Virus record (IMG/VR): IMGVR_UViG_3300013121_000026
Span: 32,001-96,000 of that record
DNA length: 64,000 bases
Origin: a virus
Taxonomy: Duplodnaviria; Caudoviricetes
Reading direction: 5' to 3' (one strand)
The number at the start of each line of letters is the position of its first letter. Position 1 is the first letter of the stretch. The position numbers and the translations under genes were made by a program. Positions 24,027-34,684 of this stretch are shown here, one piece after another. Below the pieces are notes generated by a model. The model did no database searches and was not told the DNA's origin. It saw nothing but the letters and a program-made list of their open reading frames with translations.

Positions 24027-24603
24027 GGACTTCTCCTAATTCTACAGAATAATTTAAATATTTCCTGATCTTTTGTTTTTGTTCATTGATAACCTTTCGC
24101 GATTAAAGCTAATCCTACATTACTCAATGCATAAAATACAAAAACAATACCGAGAGCCCATTTGCCCTCGATTGCTAGCATAACAGCGGTGAAAAGATAG
24201 ATGGCACCTACAATAAGAATTAATCCTGCTGACATTTAAAACCTCTCAGAATCATCCCATGAATATTTATTAATAAATTGAGTCTCATCGCCATCTGCAA
24301 ACACAATAGTATCGCCATCCATTATTTCTTGAACAGCACGATTATCCCACCAGCGATGATAGAAATCCGGCTTACCAAACACCTTAACGGCATTATGGTA
24401 GCGGTCATCCTTAAATCCAACAAAATGCCATGCGTTTTTCATTTCTTCTTTCGCGGCACAATTACCAACCAATTATTTGGAACAAATTGAGTAGTTCCAC
24501 CATCCCATTTGACTTCGGAAACCTCAGGCCCAACTGTTAATACAGTGCCCTGAAATTTCCTGTTGTGATTGTCTGCTACTCTATCGCCTTTGTTCATCAT
24601 TTT

Positions 24604-24701
24604 ACAATAGCAAAAACATCGATTTATGTCAACAAAGAAAAAACCCAATGATTTCAATAAGTTAAAAATTGCTTGACTTTTTGTTATAATTAAAGCATAA
24701 T
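24604..24701. promoter_or_regulatory. Divergent pair of sigma70-like early promoters
   Basis: Minus TTGACA-N17-TATTGT (24632-24604); plus TTGACT-N17-CATAAT (24673-24701). Confidence 0.65.
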
Positions 24702-24732
24702 TGCAAAATCAACGTATGAAACGAGGGATATT

Positions 24733-25842
24733 ATGATACGTACCAAACGAAAGCCTAGGAAGACGAAACTCTCCAAGGTTGCTGCAACTGTTTTGACGCA
24801 GCGTGCTTATGGAGACGAGCCCACGTTTACAGAAGGGCATCACATTACGCGAGATGAACTTGCTAATTCTTTGAATTGGTATTCAGCAACAGGAACCCTT
24901 GATGATGCATATAAGTTTTACAAAGATTTCTTCAAAACCCAAGGAAGAACTCAAGAAGGAGAGCTCATTGCTAAAGTCCCTGGCGATTGGGTCAATCGCA
25001 CTGGTGCTTGGCTTACTCGGCTTGTTAGCATGGGTGTCGTTTTACCTGACAGTTCTCGTAGATTTTTAGAACTAAAGATTAAGGAATCGCTTGCTCATGC
25101 TGTTATTGAGCAGGCGGTTGAAGCCAGTCCGCCAAATATTCAACAGCGAATTCGAGAAAAGAATTCGGAATTTATTGGCGAGATTGAAGGAATGCTGGAT
25201 GATAACAACATTCCGGATATGTATGAATACCTGAAGGAAAAGAGCGCAACTGGTCTTGCTGCTAGGGCGCTTGCTTTGAAGTTGCAGCCAAGGGCGCTGG
25301 AGCTTGCAGAAGCAGCCAAGAGCGTTGATCCTCAATTGAAAGAGGGCTATCAACACCTTTCCAAAAAGCAAATCAAAAGCACGCAGGAAACTGTTCAGCG
25401 TATCATTGACGATGCTTTGCGCTATGCGGATAACAGCAAGAAGGCACGAAAGCCTCGTAAAAAGAAGGTGGTTACTGCGGACAAGCAGGTCAGTAAGATG
25501 GCCTTTGCTGCTCGCAATGACCAGTACAAGCTAGCGTCGATTTCTCCGGCCAAAATTGTTGGAGCATCGGAACTTTGGGTGTTCAACGCCAAGTACAAGA
25601 CACTTGGAGTTTATCGAGCGCTTGATTCCAAAGGGCTGCAAGTGCGCAAGTCGTTCATCCTCAATGTGGACGAAGCCAACAGCTATGCAAAGCGAATTGG
25701 TCGAAAGACTGAGGAACATCTTAACACAGTGTTGAATGGCGGGAAGGTTGCGTTGCGTAAGCTGCTGGACAGCATCAACGGCGACAAACTCGAAAACAAG
25801 CGTATCACTAAGGACGTCATCCTGCTTCGAGCAGAAAAATAA
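24733..25842 (+). CDS. Conserved hypothetical protein of T4-like phages
   Basis: QLKEGY, SISP.KIVGASELWVFN.KY..LGVY.A; follows an early promoter. Confidence 0.75.
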   Translation: MIRTKRKPRKTKLSKVAATVLTQRAYGDEPTFTEGHHITRDELANSLNWYSATGTLDDAYKFYKDFFKTQGRTQEGELIAKVPGDWVNRTGAWLTRLVSMGVVLPDSSRRFLELKIKESLAHAVIEQAVEASPPNIQQRIREKNSEFIGEIEGMLDDNNIPDMYEYLKEKSATGLAARALALKLQPRALELAEAAKSVDPQLKEGYQHLSKKQIKSTQETVQRIIDDALRYADNSKKARKPRKKKVVTADKQVSKMAFAARNDQYKLASISPAKIVGASELWVFNAKYKTLGVYRALDSKGLQVRKSFILNVDEANSYAKRIGRKTEEHLNTVLNGGKVALRKLLDSINGDKLENKRITKDVILLRAEK

Positions 25843-25851
25843 GGAGTAAAC

Positions 25852-26271
25852 ATGCGCAAGAATTTTGTTACATTTTACAGCCCTGGCTCGTTTTTGTCTG
25901 AGGAGACAACGATGGTGATCGATAGCTGGGATCCAGCAAAGGCAATGGAGATGGCCCACCTCATCAAAGAACGTCATGGGGCAACACCATATGGCTTTCG
26001 ATTCTATGAACGCTCGCGTAACGATGACGAGCTGGACAGCAGAGTCACTAATACGAGCGTTTTTTATTGGCTCGGCGGAAAGGTCGAAACGCTGGAAGAA
26101 GTAGAGAAGCGTAATGATCCCAGCGAAAAAATCCTGCGCATTAACATGAGATGCAATAACTATAAAAAAATAATCACCAACGATAACTCATGGCGACATA
26201 CGCAAGCGCTCGGTGAAGATGATATCATCCTTGATTGGACACCTCGAAAGGAAGCACAAAATGTTGACTAG
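25852..26271 (+). CDS. Hypothetical protein
   Basis: AAGGAG SD; FYSPGSF..E, ERHGATPYGFRF. Confidence 0.7.
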   Translation: MRKNFVTFYSPGSFLSEETTMVIDSWDPAKAMEMAHLIKERHGATPYGFRFYERSRNDDELDSRVTNTSVFYWLGGKVETLEEVEKRNDPSEKILRINMRCNNYKKIITNDNSWRHTQALGEDDIILDWTPRKEAQNVD

Positions 26272-26662
26272 GAACATCAATGGTTGGGCATTCACTGTTC
26301 ATTCCCCCTCGTTTTATCGCTGCAACCAGATTCCATCTGTAACTGTTTTCTTTGACCGAGAAACCAACAAATGGGGCGTCAACGATGCTAAACATTCCAG
26401 GTTGTTCGGCAGTCGAGATGCAGCATTTAAAAAGGTCACGGACGTACTAAACGCTGCGTTCTTGGGTGTTGTATGAAAAGCACACCCAGACTTAAGAAGG
26501 TGGAAGAATTAATAGTTAATAATGTTCGAATCGTCGTCCTTGGCGATACTGCAACAAATGGAGCTTCCTATGCTGAAGCGACTATAATTTTTCCTAAAAA
26601 GAAAGTTGACAATTCCTAGATTTCTGTTATTATAACAAGATAACTTAACAGGAGATTACATT

Positions 26663-27613
26663 ATGGTAGCAATGGTCGAAAGTATGGCATACAACAAGGC
26701 AGAGACGCCTTGGCACGGCCTTGGCGTTGCAGTTGACAGCGACTTGACGCCGGAACAGATGCTCAAGCAAGCAGGTCTTGATTGGGAAGTGGAAATGATT
26801 CCTGCTTTTGTAAAGATCAACAAAAAAGAAGTTGATATTGGCAAGAGCGCACTGATTCGAAGCAAGGACCAGCGGATTTTGTCAGTTGTGTCCAATGACT
26901 GGCGACCCTTGCAAAACCTGCAGGCGTTTGAATTCTTCAATGAGTTCATTGCTGCTGGTGACATGGACATGGAAACTGCTGGCAGCTTGTGTAAGGGCGA
27001 GCTTGTTTGGGGACTTGCACGGATTAAGGATGGTTTCTCTTTGTTTAAGGGCAAGGACGAAATCAACTCCTACTTGCTGCTTACTAATCCTCATCGCTAC
27101 GGTTGGAGCATTAGCGTTGCTAACATCAACGTTCGTGTTGTCTGTATGAACACGTTGCGGATGGCGATGAACGAAATGAACAACAATAATGTGGTAAAAG
27201 TTAACCATCGCAAGGAGTTCATTGCTGATCAAGTGAAGGTTGCTTTGGGTATTGCTCACGAAAAGCTCGAAGCGTACAAGGCAGCAGCGCAGTTCTTGTC
27301 TAGTAAGAAGATGGGCAAGGAAAACGTTGTTGATTACTTCAAGCGAGTGTTCCCAGTGTTGACCAGCAAGGAAGACAGCAAGAAAGAGATCAGCAAGCCC
27401 GCACAAAAGACCTTGGAAATCCTCGACACTCAGCCTGGTGCTGAACTTGGTGAAGGTACTTGGTGGCAGGGATACAATGCGGTGACGTATTACCTTGACC
27501 ATAAGGCAGGCCGCAGCGAGGACACACGGTTGACTTCCTCGTGGTATGGGAGCAACGCCAAGAAAAAGATCGATGCTCTCAAAACGGCGGTTGAGTTCGC
27601 AGAAGCCGCCTAG
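26663..27613 (+). CDS. DUF932 family protein (TIGR03299-like)
   Basis: PWHGLG, AGLDWEV, METAGSL, RVVCMNTL, GTWWQGYNAVTYYLDH. Confidence 0.88.
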   Translation: MVAMVESMAYNKAETPWHGLGVAVDSDLTPEQMLKQAGLDWEVEMIPAFVKINKKEVDIGKSALIRSKDQRILSVVSNDWRPLQNLQAFEFFNEFIAAGDMDMETAGSLCKGELVWGLARIKDGFSLFKGKDEINSYLLLTNPHRYGWSISVANINVRVVCMNTLRMAMNEMNNNNVVKVNHRKEFIADQVKVALGIAHEKLEAYKAAAQFLSSKKMGKENVVDYFKRVFPVLTSKEDSKKEISKPAQKTLEILDTQPGAELGEGTWWQGYNAVTYYLDHKAGRSEDTRLTSSWYGSNAKKKIDALKTAVEFAEAA

Positions 27614-27622
27614 GAATAAATA

Positions 27623-27653
27623 TGGGTGGGGCTAACTACCCCACCCCCCTTTT
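27623..27653 (+). terminator. Rho-independent terminator-like hairpin
   Basis: GGGTGGGG/CCCCACCC stem followed by TTTT. Confidence 0.5.
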
Positions 27654-27665
27654 AGGAGATGACGA

Positions 27666-28028
27666 ATGAGTCTAGCAGTTATCATTACAATTGGATTTTG
27701 TCATTGGTTTGCTGATTTTATTACGCAGACCGAAAAACTAGCAGTCAACAAAAACACCAGTTACTATTATCTGGCGATACACTCGCTAGTCTACACAATC
27801 ACATTTGGTGTTCTAGTTGCATTTGGCTTGGGATTTCTAACAACAATTCCATACCACACAATTGCATTCTGGGTAGTTATTAATGGTTTCTTACACCTGG
27901 TTGTTGACTATTTCACCACAGTCTCACAGAAACTAACAGTGTCAGCCAAGCATTATCTTACTATTGTTGGGCTTGATCACTTTCTACACATCTCGTTGCT
28001 ACTAATTACCTATGTGCTGTTCGTATGA
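27666..28028 (+). CDS. DUF3307-like membrane protein
   Basis: HWFADFITQT, HSLVY, HLVVDY, GLDHFLH. Confidence 0.75.
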   Translation: MSLAVIITIGFCHWFADFITQTEKLAVNKNTSYYYLAIHSLVYTITFGVLVAFGLGFLTTIPYHTIAFWVVINGFLHLVVDYFTTVSQKLTVSAKHYLTIVGLDHFLHISLLLITYVLFV

Positions 28029-28486
28029 AAATTATTTACAAAACCGGTGATCTACTTGACGCCGAAGAACGTATCATTGCACATGGCTGCAATGCCAAAG
28101 GCGTAATGGGTGCAGGTGTTGCTCTGGCAATCAAAAAGAAATGGCCTGCGGCATACCATGATTACAGAAAAGAATTTGACTTTAACCCGCATTCACTGTA
28201 TCTTGGGCGAGTAATTTATTCAAAAGTTGATATTAATTATCGTGTAATTGCACATTGCATCACCCAGGCAACCTATGGCAGAGCCAAAAAGCAGTATGTT
28301 GATTACGATGCGGTTAGATACGCGATTAGAACGCTTAATTCGGATCTTGATAATGGAAAGCCATTCTCCGTAGCAATGCCAATGATCGGTGCTGGTCTTG
28401 CTGGTGGAGATTGGTTCATCATAGAAAAGATAATTGAGAGCGAAGCCGTAAGTTTTCAACCAGTGGTTTATAAACTAGAGGATTAA
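28025..28486 (+). CDS. Macrodomain protein (T4 Tk.4-like)
   Basis: GDLL, AHGCNAKGVMGAGVA, MPMIGAGLAGGDW. Confidence 0.9.
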   Translation: MKIIYKTGDLLDAEERIIAHGCNAKGVMGAGVALAIKKKWPAAYHDYRKEFDFNPHSLYLGRVIYSKVDINYRVIAHCITQATYGRAKKQYVDYDAVRYAIRTLNSDLDNGKPFSVAMPMIGAGLAGGDWFIIEKIIESEAVSFQPVVYKLED

Positions 28487-28488
28487 CA

Positions 28489-28914
28489 GTGAATCAAACG
28501 GTTTTTTCATGGTCCGACATTGAGTATTACACACAAAAACTTTTCAATTTCATACCAATGAACATCGACCATATTGTTGCAATCAGTCGAGGTGGTTTGA
28601 TTCCTGCTACAATATTGTCGCACCGCTTAAATATTAAAAACATAGATGTTCTGCAATGTTCAAGCTATAACGAAGACAACACTCAGATGGATGTTGAATT
28701 AATTAAGCCACCCAATTTTAATATCAAGTCCAGCAGCATTATCATTGATGACCTGGCAGACAGTGGCAATACCCTGCGCCTAATTCGAGAAACATTTAAG
28801 GATCAAGAATTACTAATTGCTACCTTGTTTGTTAAGCCACAGGGCAAAGATGCTGTTGATATTTTTGCCTTGGAAGTTGATCAGAATTCATGGGTGGTGT
28901 TTCCGTGGGAATAG
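28489..28914 (+). CDS. Purine phosphoribosyltransferase (Gpt-like)
   Basis: AISRGGLIPA, IIIDDLADSGNT, WVVFPWE. Confidence 0.85.
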   Translation: MNQTVFSWSDIEYYTQKLFNFIPMNIDHIVAISRGGLIPATILSHRLNIKNIDVLQCSSYNEDNTQMDVELIKPPNFNIKSSSIIIDDLADSGNTLRLIRETFKDQELLIATLFVKPQGKDAVDIFALEVDQNSWVVFPWE

Positions 28915-29209
28915 ATTTTAAAGAAATTACATGGTATGAGGACTGGTTTAATGCTGATCAATTTGGCTTTAACCTAATCACACCACGTGCGGATGTTGAA
29001 GATGTCATAATAAATTCCTTCATAGATCCATGTATTAAAGATAAAGATTTTAGAAAATATGATCCTCTATATAACGTCATTCCTGAGTTAATGTCAGTAA
29101 ATGCTAGTTTTTTATAACAAAAACTCGTTCAATTCCAAAACAATATTACCCTACCCAAAGCTATCTGTATATAAATACTAGCTTAATGTTAATAACAAAA
29201 GGAAATCGC

Positions 29210-29653
29210 ATGAAGAATTTCATCATAGCAACCATATTGCTAATCATTTCAGTTAGTATTGCTAATGCCAAGCCGCATAAGAAACCCGAATGCTTCTTGT
29301 TTTTTTGCAACAATACTGTTGTAGCAGCTCAGAATTATGTAGGTGATCATCTTGGTATGACAGGACGTCAACTTGGAATGAGACATCGTCGATGGTGTGC
29401 GGAATACCATCATTTGAAGCATGGTGGTCGTTATCGTGGGGTAGCAGACGATAGAGCAATCAGTTGGAGAAATGCTGGATCACCAGCAGCTTATGGATGC
29501 ATTGGTTGCACCGCAGTCATGCCCCATCACGTTGGGACCGTGCAAGGCTACGATGAGAAAGGAAATGTAATTCTTCATAGCGGAAATCATGGTGGACGAG
29601 TTGGAGTTGGAACTTATCACCGCTCAAGATTTGTTGCATTCAGACACACATGA
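29210..29653 (+). CDS. Secreted CHAP/NlpC-P60-like cell-wall peptidase
   Basis: Signal peptide; WCA, HHVG.V, SGN; late promoter at 29170-29177. Confidence 0.65.
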   Translation: MKNFIIATILLIISVSIANAKPHKKPECFLFFCNNTVVAAQNYVGDHLGMTGRQLGMRHRRWCAEYHHLKHGGRYRGVADDRAISWRNAGSPAAYGCIGCTAVMPHHVGTVQGYDEKGNVILHSGNHGGRVGVGTYHRSRFVAFRHT

Positions 29654-30576
29654 AATATGTACTTTTGATATTTATTCTGTATAATGGAACTGAACACAAA
29701 ATAGGGCACCTTGGGGGATTTAGTTCCCCCCAAGCGTGTCAGGCATTTAGTAATTCGATTTATAGAAAGATATATCATGAAGACACGATCCTTGATGGCA
29801 AGAAAATTAGGTTTGAATGCATCCAAAGAGATTGATGATCACGCATTAGATTCTATTCTGAACAAACTCTACAAGTATGGTTATCTATATTTTGCAGGTA
29901 TTGACCTATTCTTAGATCGAATTATTATTAATGGACATTTTATATAATGAAAAACTACCGATTGATCATTAACAAAGAAAACGCCAAATATCTAATTAAG
30001 ATAAATGAAGTCTTTTTTATTATTGACGCTGATATGAAAACAACAGATCAAATACTGCTTAATATTCATTCGTTTAAAAAATGTAATGACGTTTATCCGT
30101 GGTTTCGGTTCTGTTCTTTCGGTAATTTTTTATATGAAGACGCTCCTTTCAATGCAGCAATACCCCCCGGCAGGAGTTTTTTGTAATGAGCTATCTCCAA
30201 CTTCTTTACTTAGAAAAAACAAGAAAAGAATTTGAAAATTCGGATAAATTCAGGCTTGAAAAAATATTCACTTTCTGCTATAAATTTGAAGATATTATTG
30301 ATGAGAGTTATGATTATATTCCTCACCAAAACGCAGCATTAGCCGTGCTTGCAGACATGGATGACTCTCACTCTCCTAATGATATGTTTATATAACAATG
30401 ACCATACCTTATAATTCTTCTTATATTGTTAGGGATAATGTAAATAATATTCTATACAAGTCTAACACTGTTAATATTATTCTTAGGTATATATACCACC
30501 GCCCTTATTATTTTGGTGATTATCACAAAGATTATTTTACAATTGGAAATCTTCTTAGCGTATACAGGGACATGAC

Positions 30577-31011
30577 ATGGATATAATTGTTGACATTGAC
30601 GGAACGATTGCTAACGCAGATTGGCGTCAACATCATCTTCTTGTAAAACCAAAGAACTGGACGGGATTCTGGAAGGACATGGAAAATGATGGTCCTCACA
30701 CAGACATCATTTGGCTCGTAAAACAGTTGCATTCGACAGGCAATCGCATTATCATGTGTACTGGTCGACAGGAACAACATCGAGAGCCTACGACAAAATG
30801 GCTGGACAAATACGAGATTCCTTATTCTGCTATTTACATGAGGGAAACAGGCGATCATCGTGATGACAGCATTGTTAAAGTTGAGTTGATTAATAGAATT
30901 AGAGAGGATGGTTATGATCCATATTTAGTTCTTGAAGATCGCAACAGAGTTGTTAAGGCGTTTCGTGATATTGGTTTAAGAGTTCTACAAGTAAATTATG
31001 GAGATTTCTAA
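30577..31011 (+). CDS. HAD phosphatase like the PseT (polynucleotide kinase) 3'-phosphatase domain, stand-alone
   Basis: DIDGT, CTGR, MR..GD.R.D..VK, EDR..VV. Confidence 0.85.
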   Translation: MDIIVDIDGTIANADWRQHHLLVKPKNWTGFWKDMENDGPHTDIIWLVKQLHSTGNRIIMCTGRQEQHREPTTKWLDKYEIPYSAIYMRETGDHRDDSIVKVELINRIREDGYDPYLVLEDRNRVVKAFRDIGLRVLQVNYGDF

Positions 31012-31370
31012 TGGAACTGTTTAACATTCTAATCGCTGCTTATTTGCTTTGGATTCCAATTGCTATCTACAAAACAATGGTGGATTATTACAAAGTCTAT
31101 CAATTTGTCGAAGATAGCAAAGACGAGTTCCCGTATTTGTCTGCGGATATTTTTCGCGAGATCGAAAACTCGTCTATGATTTACTATTTTTTCAGAACAG
31201 TAACATTTTCCAGAAGTGCGTCACATTTTATCGAACCAATCAACATGATTATTAATAAAAAGTACAGTGTGGATGCATTAAGAAAAGATATTAAAATTAG
31301 CAAGGAAATTTTGGCTAAAATTGAAAAAGCACTCCAAACCAAACCAGTTGACAATAACGACGAAAAATAG
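31011..31370 (+). CDS. Hypothetical membrane protein
   Basis: N-terminal transmembrane helix. Confidence 0.55.
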   Translation: MELFNILIAAYLLWIPIAIYKTMVDYYKVYQFVEDSKDEFPYLSADIFREIENSSMIYYFFRTVTFSRSASHFIEPINMIINKKYSVDALRKDIKISKEILAKIEKALQTKPVDNNDEK

Positions 31371-31455
31371 TATAAATATAACGTTATGTTCAGTACTGTG
31401 GGAAGTACAGGCCGACAACGCTAGGACAAGGTTCGAATCCAAAACATAACAATTG

Positions 31456-31743
31456 ATATTCAGAGACGATTTACAGTAGGTATTTCGGACGTGGGGGCGG
31501 TTCCCACCACCTCCACCAAGAGTAGATCTAAGCAGGAAACTGCTAACAAAACTGACCATGGAACGGTTGATCTACTCTTGATGGGGGGGTGATATAGGAT
31601 CGACGAGTATTGAGAGTAAATTTGAGAATATCTCGGTGGTTGAGCAACCAGATTATAAATGGCAACGACAACGTTGACTATGCACTAGCAGCTTAAGCTA
31701 GGCGGGGTTAGTTGGGTTCCTAGCAACAGAATACCCAACGCCA
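31456..31743 (+). ncRNA. ssrA: Two-piece (permuted) tmRNA
   Basis: Acceptor piece ending GTGGG-GGCGGTT-CCCAC-CACCTCC-ACCA at 31518 precedes the coding piece GGGGGTG.. at 31585 (G3-U70); tag GNDNVDYALAA* at 31661-31696. Confidence 0.92.
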
Positions 31744-31768
31744 TTTTTATTTTAACAAAAAGTGAATT

Positions 31769-31996
31769 ATGAGTGAATTAAATTTTCCAATACAGACGTT
31801 TTTATTAGACATTGAAAAAATAGTAGCAGGTGGTGATACGTATATTAATGCTATCATTCATTGGTGTGAAAAAAAGAACGTAGAAATAGAGTACATTGCG
31901 CAACTTATTAATAGTAATTCCACCCTCAAATCAAAATTGCAATTGGAAGCTGAAAATTTGAATTTTTTACCCAAAAGCATCCGCCTTCCACTATAA
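31769..31996 (+). CDS. 33: Late-promoter transcription co-activator gp33
   Basis: YINAIIHWCE...E.E.IA.LI....LKSKLQLEAENLNFL. Confidence 0.82.
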   Translation: MSELNFPIQTFLLDIEKIVAGGDTYINAIIHWCEKKNVEIEYIAQLINSNSTLKSKLQLEAENLNFLPKSIRLPL

Positions 31997-32023
31997 ATAC
32001 AGAGTATAACAAAGGATGGCGGA

Positions 32024-32485
32024 ATGGAAATAACCTTTACAGGAAAAGCAAAAAACGTTTCCAGAAAACTGTATACACAAGCTATTAATTTTTATAGCGA
32101 GAAACTGCTATCGCCCAAACTAAGGCCGAATGTTTGTATTAACATCGTTTTTGAGGCTGGATTAACAAAACCACCAAGTAAAATTTATGGCTATTGTGAC
32201 TTTGATGATTTTGGTGGTCCCCCAAGAATGTTTCGTCTGCACATTGATGCAGGTCTTAGTAAAAGAATGTCATTATTAACTTTAGCCCACGAAATGACCC
32301 ACATGAAACAGTATGCGATTGGCGAGCTAAAGGATTATGTTAAATACCCAAATAAGATTAAATGGAAGGGTGAAATAATAGAAAAAGACTCTTCTGAATA
32401 CTGGGATGCTCCATGGGAAATTGAAGCATTAGGGCGAGAACAAGGGTTATATAATATGTTCAAATGGCACCTAAAAAATGACTAA
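32024..32485 (+). CDS. Zincin-type metallopeptidase
   Basis: TLAHEMTHMKQY, YWDAPWEIEA; late promoter at 31992-31999. Confidence 0.8.
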   Translation: MEITFTGKAKNVSRKLYTQAINFYSEKLLSPKLRPNVCINIVFEAGLTKPPSKIYGYCDFDDFGGPPRMFRLHIDAGLSKRMSLLTLAHEMTHMKQYAIGELKDYVKYPNKIKWKGEIIEKDSSEYWDAPWEIEALGREQGLYNMFKWHLKND

Positions 32486-32786
32486 TGAGGAATTATTAGA
32501 CGAATTAATCCGCAGAATGGATAAGAACGAAATTCCACTTAGAGACATTTTACAATTAATAGATGATTGGGATCTTGAGCAAGAATTTAGTGATCGTGGT
32601 CTTAACGATCAAGACAATATTAACAACATGACACGAGAACAAATTGAACAGTATTTAAAAGAAAATTTTAAGAAGGAAGACATTGACATACTAATTGAAA
32701 ACGTGTATTATGATTATGTTGAAAATTCCAAGCATTTAACTAAGTCGTTGGATAGCTTGTTTCTAACAATTAACAAACAAATATGA
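32478..32786 (+). CDS. Hypothetical protein
   Basis: 102-aa ORF coupled to its neighbours. Confidence 0.55.
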   Translation: MTNEELLDELIRRMDKNEIPLRDILQLIDDWDLEQEFSDRGLNDQDNINNMTREQIEQYLKENFKKEDIDILIENVYYDYVENSKHLTKSLDSLFLTINKQI

Positions 32787-32794
32787 GGTGAAAA

Positions 32795-33319
32795 ATGAAT
32801 GTATCTGACTTTAAGCCTTCCGATTTTATGGCATTCCAGGGAGACGTCTCAATCGTAGCGATTCCCGACAGCATTAAGCTGACCCTTAAGGAAGAAATTC
32901 AGCCTGTTGATAACAAGTTGATCCTTTTGGAAGGTGAAATGACCGGCCATCATCATGCTATTGATGTTTTGGAACCGGTTGCTTTTAACCCTGTTGATAT
33001 GGACTTGGATATCAAGCAGGAGTTTATTGAAGTTAACAAGAAGAATAAGAAGACCGTCAAGAACCTTATGAACAGCCTTGATTCTGTCAAGGAACATGGT
33101 CATATCAAGATGTATCGCGATGCAGAATCTGCACAGGCGATGCAGAAGGCAGGCTACTTGACTCGCACTGATCTTGTTATTGGAACTCTCGTTGTAACCG
33201 ATCAGCCTGTTCTATTGAAGCATCAGGAACATCAGACAATTCGTATTCATCCTGGTCGTTACCTTATTGGACGTCAGGTTGAGAGTTCTTACGCAGAAGA
33301 ACGTCGGGTTGCTGACTAA
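32795..33319 (+). CDS. Conserved partner of the DUF6745-like protein
   Basis: QGDV, LLEGEMTGHHH, L.HQEH..I.I.PG.Y...RQ.E, RRVAD. Confidence 0.75.
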   Translation: MNVSDFKPSDFMAFQGDVSIVAIPDSIKLTLKEEIQPVDNKLILLEGEMTGHHHAIDVLEPVAFNPVDMDLDIKQEFIEVNKKNKKTVKNLMNSLDSVKEHGHIKMYRDAESAQAMQKAGYLTRTDLVIGTLVVTDQPVLLKHQEHQTIRIHPGRYLIGRQVESSYAEERRVAD

Positions 33320-33481
33320 TTCAATAGAGAAATCCTATTTCACTATGGGATTAAGTGATATCCGAGAAGTAATAAGCCGTCTAGTTTATAACAACTCGGA
33401 TATCCGTGTTTTTGTTCATAACCGTTCTCACTTTGAGTGGAATTGGTATAATGCTTATGAAATAACAGAAAGGTTTATATA

Positions 33482-34612
33482 ATGACTGACAAAAAGTATG
33501 AACTCACCGAAGAACACAAGGCACAGATTCAGCCTTGGGCGCAGAAGTGGATCAAGAATGCGTTGTCCACTAAGCATATGGATAAGGCGGAATACGATAT
33601 TATGTATAACGCCCTGAACAAGCTGTACGAAGCTGCTGATCTTAAGCGTCCTCGTAACATTGTGTTTGTGTCTAGCCCAGTTGTTGGACAGGTTGCTGCT
33701 GGTATTGCTGCAACTTTGTGGTATCTTCGAGAAGAAAAGAAGAAGACGTTTGATGTTAACGATGTTCCTGGATGGGACAACATTCCGGATGCAATCAAGA
33801 AGACCGTCTTTGAGTGCGTTAAGACCGAAGCTGATGGTTATGCTGTTGTTACTAACCAACTGAGCAAGAAGAATTCCTACTTCGCAAAGGATTGGTTAAC
33901 TGACTTTATCAGCGAGAACTACAAGGGCGATGTCAAGCTGATCGAAGACACTACCAAAGAAGCGTGGAGAATGTCCAACGGTGGCAATATGTGGAGCAGC
34001 TATGTTTCTTACATCAGCTTCTTCAAGGACGTTGTTAAGCTCGAACTGCCTATCTACGAAAAGTATCAGTGGTATGAGCTGGTAACGATTCATGGTGGAT
34101 TCCGTTGGATGCATCCTGAATTTTGCATTGTTAGCGACCGTCCTAGTGAGATCCACTTGGACAACGAAAACCGTCCTCATGCTGACAATGGTCCTTCCCA
34201 TATGTGGCGAGATGGTGTTAGCACTTATCACTGGCACGGTTATCGTATTCCCACTGAAAAGGCATGGATCATTGAAGAAAAGAACAAGATCACTGCCAAG
34301 AGCATCTATGATGAAGGAAATGCCGAGCTTCGTCGTATTATGTGCGAAATCACTAACTTTGCTCCTCTTTTGGAAAAAGCCAAGGTTATTTCAGAAGATA
34401 CTGATGGAAACGGACTTCCTCGTCGCTTGATGGAAGTTAAGGTCGGTAAGGAAAAGGTCCGAGTGATTGAAGTGCAGAACGGCTCTTTGGAACCCGATGG
34501 CAGTCGTCGAAAGTTTGTTCTGGGTGCAATGCCCGGAAACACCCCACAGGAAGCAGTTGCTGCATCCTATGGAATTAACCCGAAGAAGTATGTTGAGGCT
34601 GTTAGAACGTAA
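33482..34612 (+). CDS. DUF6745-like protein
   Basis: FVSSP, CIVSDRP, PHADNGPS..WRDG...YHWHG, NAELRR, V.NGSLEPDGSRR.F. Confidence 0.78.
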   Translation: MTDKKYELTEEHKAQIQPWAQKWIKNALSTKHMDKAEYDIMYNALNKLYEAADLKRPRNIVFVSSPVVGQVAAGIAATLWYLREEKKKTFDVNDVPGWDNIPDAIKKTVFECVKTEADGYAVVTNQLSKKNSYFAKDWLTDFISENYKGDVKLIEDTTKEAWRMSNGGNMWSSYVSYISFFKDVVKLELPIYEKYQWYELVTIHGGFRWMHPEFCIVSDRPSEIHLDNENRPHADNGPSHMWRDGVSTYHWHGYRIPTEKAWIIEEKNKITAKSIYDEGNAELRRIMCEITNFAPLLEKAKVISEDTDGNGLPRRLMEVKVGKEKVRVIEVQNGSLEPDGSRRKFVLGAMPGNTPQEAVAASYGINPKKYVEAVRT

Positions 34613-34635
34613 TTTTCAACACATCTAAGAGCATT

Positions 34636-34668
34636 AAATAGCTTGGGCGTCAAAACCCAAGCTATTTT
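34636..34668 (+). terminator. Rho-independent terminator
   Basis: AAATAGCTTGGG/CCCAAGCTATTT stem with T tail. Confidence 0.65.
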
Positions 34669-34684
34669 CATATGAGGAACTAGG

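Noticed and set aside
26656-27502. Long minus-strand ORFs (136 and 206 aa)
   Set aside because: Antisense shadows of the codon-biased DUF932 gene; the same applies to antisense ORFs over DUF2828, DUF6745 and the baseplate genes
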